Assembly: GCA_016873895.1 (NCBI GenBank)
Contig: VGVV01000001.1
Location: 80,776-144,775, forward strand
DNA from: Ignavibacteria bacterium
GTDB lineage: Bacteria > Bacteroidota > Ignavibacteria > Kapaibacteriales > Kapaibacteriaceae
DNA length: 64,000 nt
Direction of reading: 5' to 3'
Shown here: in pieces, positions 38,848 through 45,157 of the stretch
Layout: each line of letters opens with the position of its first letter
How positions within the stretch are numbered: the first letter of the stretch is position 1
Program-made: the position numbers and the translations under genes
The notes under the pieces: generated by a model
Told to the model about the DNA's origin: nothing
Databases searched by the model: none
Seen by the model: only the letters and a program-made list of their open reading frames with translations

Positions 38848-39867
38848 ATGTCCACATTTCGAAACCTGCTACTAACACTCACGGGCATAGCCATCATAGT
38901 TGGCTGCGAGCCGAAGGCAATCCCAGTTCCTATCGAGGGCCTGAAGGTTGAAAAAGATGAATTGCGCAAGTTCGAGATTAAGGTACCAGCCAACTGGTAT
39001 GTGCAAACACGCAAGGGAGATATCATCGTTGCATTTAGCTCGAAGGCACATGTCAATCGCTTTACTCAGTTTAGTAAGGGGCGTGGTGGTGCCAAGGTCG
39101 AGATTCGAGCTATCGCCATGGACAGTACAACAAACATCGACTCTCTTGTTAAGCGTTCAAAGGTAGAGTTCGAAGACGGGTTAGATCGATACACGAAATC
39201 GGTATCAACATTGGGTGGCAAGCCTGGCCAAAAACTCTACGTTGAATTCGACCAAGAGGACGGAAAGTTTGTCTCGGAATCATATTTCGCTGAGGATGAT
39301 TCAGTGATCACGATGGTAACATTTGCGGCCTTTGGAAACACCTACCAGGATTACGCAGAAGAATTCAAGCAAATACTAGCTTCTGTGAAGTTGGCCAAGA
39401 AGCTTGTACCTCTTGCGCCTGGTGTTGCACAAGGTGCAGGTGGAACTGTGCCGCCAAGCGATACACTTCGACCATTCAATGCTGGTATGTATGCCATCAG
39501 CTATCCAAGCAACTTCTCTACGAAAAAGGGTTCCGCTGGTGCATTGAGCTCGACAGTTTTCGTAGGCGCAAGACTTGACTGCTCGATTCAGGTTGATGTT
39601 ATCAATGCAAAAGATCAAAATGATCTCGATGTTATTGTTAAGCAGAATGAATCGCGCTATCCAGGATCAACACAATCTGCCTCAACACTTGGTGGACAGC
39701 GTGCAGTGATGTTCTCGTACAATCCAACCGCTGCTGTTGCTGCACGTGCATATTTTGCTGTCAAAGGCGACAAGATGTATCGTGTTACGGTAAACTGGAA
39801 TAGGGCGGAACAGAATATGTACCTTCCAGTTTTTGACAAGTGTATCCGGTCGATTCGCATAAACTGA
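38848..39867 (+). CDS. hypothetical lipoprotein, two tandem PsbP/DcrB-like halves (tentative)
   Basis: Start re-called to MSTFRNLLLTLTGIAIIVGC (lipobox). Two similar halves begin FEIKVPANWYVQ and YAISYPSNFSTK. The track start at 38668 lies in the upstream gene. Confidence 0.4.
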   Translation: MSTFRNLLLTLTGIAIIVGCEPKAIPVPIEGLKVEKDELRKFEIKVPANWYVQTRKGDIIVAFSSKAHVNRFTQFSKGRGGAKVEIRAIAMDSTTNIDSLVKRSKVEFEDGLDRYTKSVSTLGGKPGQKLYVEFDQEDGKFVSESYFAEDDSVITMVTFAAFGNTYQDYAEEFKQILASVKLAKKLVPLAPGVAQGAGGTVPPSDTLRPFNAGMYAISYPSNFSTKKGSAGALSSTVFVGARLDCSIQVDVINAKDQNDLDVIVKQNESRYPGSTQSASTLGGQRAVMFSYNPTAAVAARAYFAVKGDKMYRVTVNWNRAEQNMYLPVFDKCIRSIRIN

Positions 39868-39880
39868 TACTCTTGTCTGC

Positions 39881-41050
39881 ATGAAGTCGCTCCTCATTAT
39901 CGCCGTCGCATTGCTAGCCAGTGCGACAGCATTTTCAATTCCGCAGTTCTCAGCGATCTCGGGCAATCGTTGTATTAACTGCCACGTAGCCCCTTCCGGA
40001 GGGAGCGTGCGCAACGATCTTGGCTGGTATAGCTGGTACGATGTTGGAGCAGTTCCACGATCCAACAAGCTCTTTGATTGGTTTTACGACAAAGATTCTT
40101 CCAATCAATTCTTCGATGGCAAGGTGATTCTCGGAATGGACGCACGCATTCAGAGCACACGATCGTTTGTTAGCGAGTCTTCTCCAAGAAGACTGTTTCC
40201 TATGCAGGCCTCGTTTTACTCTGCCTACAATCCCATTCCTGAGGTCACGATAGAAGGTTCTGTAAACCTTGCAACGCTTGCAATCCAGGGGGTGCCGCCG
40301 TATTCCGGCATGAGAGCCGCAGCAATCTCTGCTATCATTGCTCCCTCGTTCTCATTGCCGTCGGTGCGCATAGGGGTGTTTCGTCCGAACATAGGTATGC
40401 GTTATGACGACCACACAATGGCCCCCTACTCATACACGCTTGCCACACAGCGAAAGACGGTGATTGCGCCCGATTGGTCCGAAGTAGGTGCAGAAGTCTC
40501 ATATGAAGGCCTAAAATGGCTATCCCTTCAGGCGGGCGTATTCGGTAGCCAAGGGTTGTCGCAAGTTCATATCTCCGATGGCGAACAAACATTTTCTGTG
40601 GTAGATGGCAATCAACCAACGCTTACTGCTCGAGCGGTTGTATGGCCTCGCCTCTTTAACGACAAGCTTAACACATGGTTTGGAGCCTCTCTTTTACGGA
40701 ACAACCACTTTGGCATCACCAGCGGATTTGCTGGTATCGGATTAAGCGATGAGTTTTCTCTTATGCTCGATTACACGCGTATCGAGTATGATGATAGATT
40801 CGAATCCCAGTCGATGATGGCAGAGCTGATGTATTCTGCAACCACTTGGCTGTTCCCATATGTTAGGGCGGAACGGTACACGACAGATCCATACAATGCA
40901 TCGGGTTCGTTTCTTAGTAACGCGGCAACACTTGGGGCACAGATTTTTGTTATGCCATACATTGAAGTTCGCCCTGAGTACAGAATCTGGGACACGTGGA
41001 AACCCGGTTATTCATCTCGTTGGAACGTACAATTACACTTCTTTTATTGA
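39881..41050 (+). CDS. Cyc2-like fused monoheme cytochrome c / outer-membrane beta-barrel (porin-cytochrome) candidate
   Basis: Signal peptide MKSLLIIAVALLASATAFS. A single CXXCH (C31-INC-H35, nt 39971..39985) lies within about 15 residues of the mature N-terminus. About 350 aa follow without hydrophobic helices, rich in alternating aromatic/polar stretches, ending ...WNVQLHFFY (terminal aromatic typical of OMP barrels). Confidence 0.55.
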   Translation: MKSLLIIAVALLASATAFSIPQFSAISGNRCINCHVAPSGGSVRNDLGWYSWYDVGAVPRSNKLFDWFYDKDSSNQFFDGKVILGMDARIQSTRSFVSESSPRRLFPMQASFYSAYNPIPEVTIEGSVNLATLAIQGVPPYSGMRAAAISAIIAPSFSLPSVRIGVFRPNIGMRYDDHTMAPYSYTLATQRKTVIAPDWSEVGAEVSYEGLKWLSLQAGVFGSQGLSQVHISDGEQTFSVVDGNQPTLTARAVVWPRLFNDKLNTWFGASLLRNNHFGITSGFAGIGLSDEFSLMLDYTRIEYDDRFESQSMMAELMYSATTWLFPYVRAERYTTDPYNASGSFLSNAATLGAQIFVMPYIEVRPEYRIWDTWKPGYSSRWNVQLHFFY

Positions 41051-41066
41051 TCATTCGGAGCGCAGC

Positions 41067-41366
41067 ATGTTGAATAAGATCCTGAATACTATTGGCATCA
41101 TCGGCATTCTAGGTGGCGGTGCTTTGTGGGTTAAGGACGGAAGGCATGTGTTCTCTAAGGATCGCGAAGAGGTTGTGCGCGAAGTCAAAGACGAGCTCTT
41201 TGGCACTATTCGTAGGGAGACCGAATTCGTTCCTGCCTTCAAATTTGGACTCCTCCCCGTAGATGCAACAATTGCAGACGTTCCCCGCTGCTATGCCTTC
41301 GTTGGCGGTATGTCTGTTGCCCTTATCGCCTTTGCATTATGGCGCAAACGTTCGGGCAACCAGTAA
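41067..41366 (+). CDS. small two-TM membrane protein, hypothetical
   Basis: MLNKILNTIGIIGILGGGALWV...CYAFVGGMSVALIAFALW (99 aa). The track start at 40860 lies inside the upstream gene. Confidence 0.4.
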   Translation: MLNKILNTIGIIGILGGGALWVKDGRHVFSKDREEVVREVKDELFGTIRRETEFVPAFKFGLLPVDATIADVPRCYAFVGGMSVALIAFALWRKRSGNQ

Positions 41367-41408
41367 CTCTTGTACCTTGTACCTCGTAACTCCATAACCC
41401 CTCTTCCC

Positions 41409-41882
41409 ATGCCTACTAACTCTCGCCGTTCGTTCCTCCAACAAGCAGCTGCTTCTGTTGGACTTGTTCTTTCTGCATCTGCTGTTGCCAGTTTGATAGC
41501 TGGCTGTGAGAAAGACGAGACAAACCCCATCACTCCAGGTAAGACGTACGATGTGAATCTTACATCATTGTCAGAACTTGCCACCGTGGGCGGCATCGTA
41601 CAAACCGTTGTTGCCGGTGTAAACGATAGCGAGCCAGTTTTTATCTCACGTATCGATAATGCGTCGTTCGTGGTTTTCAGCACCATCTGTACACATTCCG
41701 GATGTGGAGTTGACCTACCACTGGATGCAATTGCTAATTGTGTTTGTCCTTGCCATAAGGCAGAGTTTTCGCGCACAAACGGAGCTGTACTCAAGCAGCC
41801 TACCTCTGGCTCTGCAACAGATCTTCCGAGATACACCTGCACATACAACGCGAGTACAAACGTGCTCACGATCACGGTCTGA
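41409..41882 (+). CDS. Rieske [2Fe-2S] protein with twin-arginine signal and lipobox
   Basis: MPTNSRRSFLQQAAASVGLVLSASAVASLIAGC (Tat motif plus lipobox). Rieske boxes CTHSGCGV and CPCHKAEF. The track start at 41370 is TTG. Confidence 0.8.
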   Translation: MPTNSRRSFLQQAAASVGLVLSASAVASLIAGCEKDETNPITPGKTYDVNLTSLSELATVGGIVQTVVAGVNDSEPVFISRIDNASFVVFSTICTHSGCGVDLPLDAIANCVCPCHKAEFSRTNGAVLKQPTSGSATDLPRYTCTYNASTNVLTITV

Positions 41883-41884
41883 GC

Positions 41885-42955
41885 TTGCTACTCCCGAGCG
41901 AATATCACGAGGCCATGCGCGATGCTGTGTACGATGTCATCGCTCAACACAAGCACGTTTCATCGAGCATCGAACGAATCTTTCGAGAGCTAAAACCCGA
42001 CCGTGAGCTAGCACGCATTGTGCGATCCCGTATGTTCCAAGCAATTCGTTACGATGATGCCGATGCGGCAATTGCTGGCGTTCTCGATGGCACCATCGAT
42101 ACAAAACAGGCCAAGTTTCCGTCGTGGTTACGAAGGCGCATCGAGTCGGTATACAGAGAGACTTCACACGAGATAGAACGCTCGTTGTTAACGGATGCAC
42201 CAGCATTCATCCGAGTAAATGCGCTTGTTGTGGATGTTCCGACATGCATGGCTGCACTAGCCCCATTTCAACCGAAGCATATCGAGAGCGATATACTCAG
42301 GATCGACGAGCCCTTCGGAATGTATACATCCGAGGCCTTCCAGAAGGGGTGGTTTGAACAACAAGACATCAATTCCTATCGGGCAGCTTGCGAACTCATC
42401 TGTAGGCCTGGGATGCGCATTGTTGATGCATGCGCAGGAGCAGGAGGTAAAACGCTTGTTTTTGCATCCACGATGATGAACAAGGGGCGCATCATTGCGC
42501 TCGACACACAGGCATCAAAACTCGAAGCTCTCCGCACTCGGGCAACACGCGCTGGAATTGACATCATCGAAACACGAGAGATAACGACGACCAAGATTGT
42601 AAAGCGACTTCATGAGACGTCAGATGGAGTGTTTGTTGATGTACCATGCACCGGCACTGGAGTGATACGTCGAAATCCTGATATCATGCACCGCATTACG
42701 GAGGAGTCGCTTCGAGAACTGTTGGTGCTGCAATCTGATATTCTGCGGCACTCGGCGTTGATTGCAAAAGTCGGTTCGATGGTTGTGTACACAACATGCT
42801 CGATTCTGCCCGAAGAAGGCAAGGATCAAATCACCTCGTTTCTCAGCTCAGAGATCGGCAAGAAGTTCACTCTTGAACACGAATGGATTACCATGCCTGG
42901 TGACAACGACGGCGATGGCTTCTATGTTGCACGACTACAGCGCCAGGTGCGCTAG
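41885..42955 (+). CDS. RsmB/RsmF (NOL1/NOP2/Sun) family rRNA cytosine-C5 methyltransferase
   Basis: DACAGAGGKT (SAM motif I), VDVPCTGTGVIRRNPD (motif IV Cys) and YTTCSILPEE (motif VI Cys). TTG start as given by the track. Confidence 0.7.
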   Translation: MLLPSEYHEAMRDAVYDVIAQHKHVSSSIERIFRELKPDRELARIVRSRMFQAIRYDDADAAIAGVLDGTIDTKQAKFPSWLRRRIESVYRETSHEIERSLLTDAPAFIRVNALVVDVPTCMAALAPFQPKHIESDILRIDEPFGMYTSEAFQKGWFEQQDINSYRAACELICRPGMRIVDACAGAGGKTLVFASTMMNKGRIIALDTQASKLEALRTRATRAGIDIIETREITTTKIVKRLHETSDGVFVDVPCTGTGVIRRNPDIMHRITEESLRELLVLQSDILRHSALIAKVGSMVVYTTCSILPEEGKDQITSFLSSEIGKKFTLEHEWITMPGDNDGDGFYVARLQRQVR

Positions 42956-43330
42956 GTGAATTCCCAACAAACGACAGTGATTTTCGATGGCATGTGCAAC
43001 CTATGCGATGCTACCGTTAATCATCTCCAGCACTACGATACACTGCGCCAGCTTAGGTATATCCCATTCCAGGGTGAAGAAGGTGCAAAGCTGCTTCGAG
43101 GGCATGGTGTTATGGGCCCGCCAGACTCGGTATATGTTATCACACCAACTGGTGCATTCTATACCGAAGATCTAGCCATGATCTACCTATTCAAGTTGTT
43201 AGGGGGCTGGCATAGGCCCCTTGCCTTCGTTATCCAAGCAGTACCAAGAGTGCTTCGGCGTCCGATGTACCGATGGATGTCTCGCAACCGCTACGCCATG
43301 TTTGGCAAACGAGACACCTGCCGGCTTTAG
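42956..43330 (+). CDS. DCC-family thiol-disulfide oxidoreductase (DUF393)
   Basis: VIFDGMCNLCDATVN (DxxCxxC motif). 124 aa. GTG start directly after the upstream TAG. Confidence 0.7.
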   Translation: MNSQQTTVIFDGMCNLCDATVNHLQHYDTLRQLRYIPFQGEEGAKLLRGHGVMGPPDSVYVITPTGAFYTEDLAMIYLFKLLGGWHRPLAFVIQAVPRVLRRPMYRWMSRNRYAMFGKRDTCRL

Positions 43331-43333
43331 CAC

Positions 43334-43363
43334 TTGGAAATCCCACTCGGTTCGGTATCTTTG
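43334..43363 (+). promoter_or_regulatory. candidate Bacteroidota-type sigma-A promoter (TTG-N19-TATCTTTG) for rpoZ
   Basis: TTG at 43334..43336, a 19-nt spacer, TATCTTTG at 43356..43363, 40 nt upstream of ATG 43404. Matches both halves of the TTG/TAnnTTTG consensus. Confidence 0.45.
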
Positions 43364-43403
43364 CCGTCCTTGTCAAAAGTGAACCCATTCGGGAGAAACA
43401 CAT

Positions 43404-43727
43404 ATGAGTACGTACATCGTCAATCCTGTCAAAGTCCGTATGGACGAGTCTGCTAAGGGCTCTATCTATAAGTCAATTGTAGCCATGGGGTTACGCTCAC
43501 GTCAGATCAATGATCAAATCAAGACGCAGATCTCTGAGCGCCTTGCCGACGTTATCGTTGATACAGACGAAGCAGAAGGACCAAACGCCGATCAGATCGC
43601 TATCAGCAAAGAATTTGATCTCCTTCCAAAGCCAACATTTATGGCGATGAAGGAAATGACGGACGGTCAGATCCACGTGCGTACAGAGCCTCTGCCGATG
43701 GCCGCTCCATTGGTAGCTGAGGAATAA
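43404..43727 (+). CDS. rpoZ: DNA-directed RNA polymerase subunit omega (long FCB-type)
   Basis: SIYKSIVAMGLRSRQINDQIK resembles the omega core (N.YelV..aakRArQi). About 107 aa, located just upstream of coaBC as in many Bacteroidota. Confidence 0.55.
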   Translation: MSTYIVNPVKVRMDESAKGSIYKSIVAMGLRSRQINDQIKTQISERLADVIVDTDEAEGPNADQIAISKEFDLLPKPTFMAMKEMTDGQIHVRTEPLPMAAPLVAEE

Positions 43728-43747
43728 TCCATTTTTGAATTCACTAG

Positions 43748-43779
43748 AGAGCCATCCGGTATTCTGCCGCGATGGCTCT
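43748..43779 (+). terminator. hairpin downstream of rpoZ (possible terminator/attenuator)
   Basis: AGAGCCATC-CGG tattctg CCG(c)GATGGCTCT followed by TGTTGT. The right arm contains ATG 43772, so the more likely coaBC start is ATG 43790. Confidence 0.4.
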
Positions 43780-43789
43780 TGTTGTCTAC

Positions 43790-45157
43790 ATGAACATACT
43801 GCTTGGCATAACGGGTAGCGTTTCAGCGTACAAAGCTCCTTGGCTGGTGCGAGATCTTCGCAAGGCCGGACACGACGTGCGCGTTGTCATGACGCCCTCA
43901 GCGCGTCAGTTCGTTGCCCCCTTGGCTCTTGAAGCGGTTTCCCTCCATCCGGTAATCATCGATCCCTACGACCCCTCAATTCAGGAAGGGGGCTCCTGGC
44001 ATGTTCACCTGGCACAATGGGCGGATGTAATCCTGATTGCCCCTTGCTCGGCCACAACTCTGGCACGCCTGGCTACAGGTCTGTGTGACACAGCGTTGAT
44101 GACCGTAGTTTGCTCACGCAGCGCTGATACAGAGCTGATAGTGTTCCCAGCGATGGATACCGACATGTGGCTTCAACCCTCGACCAAACGCAATGTTGAT
44201 CAGCTGCGCAACGATGGCATCACCGTGGTAGACCCCGAAGCAGGCGAACTTGCTTCAGGCCTCGTAGGCCAAGGCAGATTGCCAGAGATTGAGAAGATTA
44301 TCGAAATAGCAGCGAGCAGCGAGCAGCGAGCAGCGAATAGCGAGCAGCGAGCAGCGAGCAGCGAACAGCGAGTAGCGAGCAGCGAACAGCGAGTAGCGAG
44401 CAGCGAACAGCGAGTAGCGAGCAGCGAACAGCGAGTAGCGAGCAGCGAACAGCGAGTAGCGAGCAGCGAACAGCGAGTAGCGAGCAGCGAACACGATGAT
44501 TTGAGTTCGCTGTTCGCTGCTCGCTGCTCGCTGCTTATCACCGCTGGCCCAACCCACGAGTGCATCGACGCTGTCCGCTCAATCGTCAATCATTCAACGG
44601 GCACGATGGGGTTTGCTCTGGCTGAAGCTGCGCAAAAGCGTGGCTACCTCGTAACGTTGGTAACGGGGCCGACCAACCTTCCAACACCGTTTGGTGTAGA
44701 ACGCATCAACGTGGTAAGTGCCAAGGAGATGTACGAGGCAGTGATGAAGCATAACGATGTGGACGACTTCATCATGGCTGCTGCGGTAGCCGATTTCACG
44801 CCATCAAATCCGTCGGCGCAAAAGATCAAAAAAGAACAACTCGGAAGCAACCTCTCGATTGAGCTTACACGTACTCACGATATTCTCGCTGAGATCGGCA
44901 AGAGTAAGGCAGAGCATCAGCGCGTTGTTGGATTCGCCCTCGAGTCTGATGATGTGATTGAGAACGCAAGGCGCAAACTCGTATCTAAGAACGCCGACAT
45001 GATCATTGCCAATCAGGTAGGCGTGGCGGACAGTGGATTTGGCGCTGGACAGAATACAATTACAATCGTTACGAATAGCCAAGATCCAATGTGCTACCCT
45101 GCGATGTCAAAACGTGCATGTGCCGAGGTCATCCTCGATGCATTGGAGAATCTGTGA
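43790..45157 (+). CDS. coaBC: bifunctional phosphopantothenoylcysteine decarboxylase / phosphopantothenate-cysteine ligase, with repeat-encoded linker insertion
   Basis: The CoaC part has GITGSVSAYKAP...PAMDTDMW. The CoaB part has LITAGPTHECIDAVRSIVNHSTGTMG...AAAVADF. Between them lies AASSEQRAANSEQRAASSEQR(VASSEQR)x6 VASSEHDDLSSLFAARCS. Alternative start ATG 43772. Confidence 0.9.
   Translation: MNILLGITGSVSAYKAPWLVRDLRKAGHDVRVVMTPSARQFVAPLALEAVSLHPVIIDPYDPSIQEGGSWHVHLAQWADVILIAPCSATTLARLATGLCDTALMTVVCSRSADTELIVFPAMDTDMWLQPSTKRNVDQLRNDGITVVDPEAGELASGLVGQGRLPEIEKIIEIAASSEQRAANSEQRAASSEQRVASSEQRVASSEQRVASSEQRVASSEQRVASSEQRVASSEHDDLSSLFAARCSLLITAGPTHECIDAVRSIVNHSTGTMGFALAEAAQKRGYLVTLVTGPTNLPTPFGVERINVVSAKEMYEAVMKHNDVDDFIMAAAVADFTPSNPSAQKIKKEQLGSNLSIELTRTHDILAEIGKSKAEHQRVVGFALESDDVIENARRKLVSKNADMIIANQVGVADSGFGAGQNTITIVTNSQDPMCYPAMSKRACAEVILDALENL
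44311..44492 (+). repeat. tandem heptanucleotide array, 26 x AGCGAnn (21-nt phased; six perfect copies of agcgagcagcgaacagcgagt)
   Basis: Counted directly: 26 contiguous 7-mers (agcgagc/agcgaac/agcgagt/agcgaat). The 21-nt super-unit is perfect from 44353 to 44478 and is in frame with coaBC. Confidence 0.95.
44505..44535 (+). repeat. inverted copy of the heptamer array (gttcgct gttcgct gctcgct gctcgct gct)
   Basis: Reverse complement of agcgaac/agcgagc units, separated from the direct array by 12 nt (acgatgatttga). 44479..44492 pairs perfectly with 44512..44525. Confidence 0.9.

Noticed and set aside
41291-41875. 194-aa minus-strand ORF covering the Rieske gene region.
   Set aside because: The plus-strand frame has a Tat signal, a lipobox and both Rieske boxes. 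The antisense product has no features.
44311-44535. A regular 21-nt repeat array, considered as a possible CRISPR.
   Set aside because: The repeats are contiguous with no spacers. The unit is far shorter than CRISPR repeats. The array is in frame inside a conserved gene, and no cas genes are present.
44200-44589. Two minus-strand ORFs (129 aa and 100 aa) across the coaBC repeat.
   Set aside because: They are open only because the heptamer array lacks stops in all frames. The plus-strand frame is continuous with conserved CoaC and CoaB domains.
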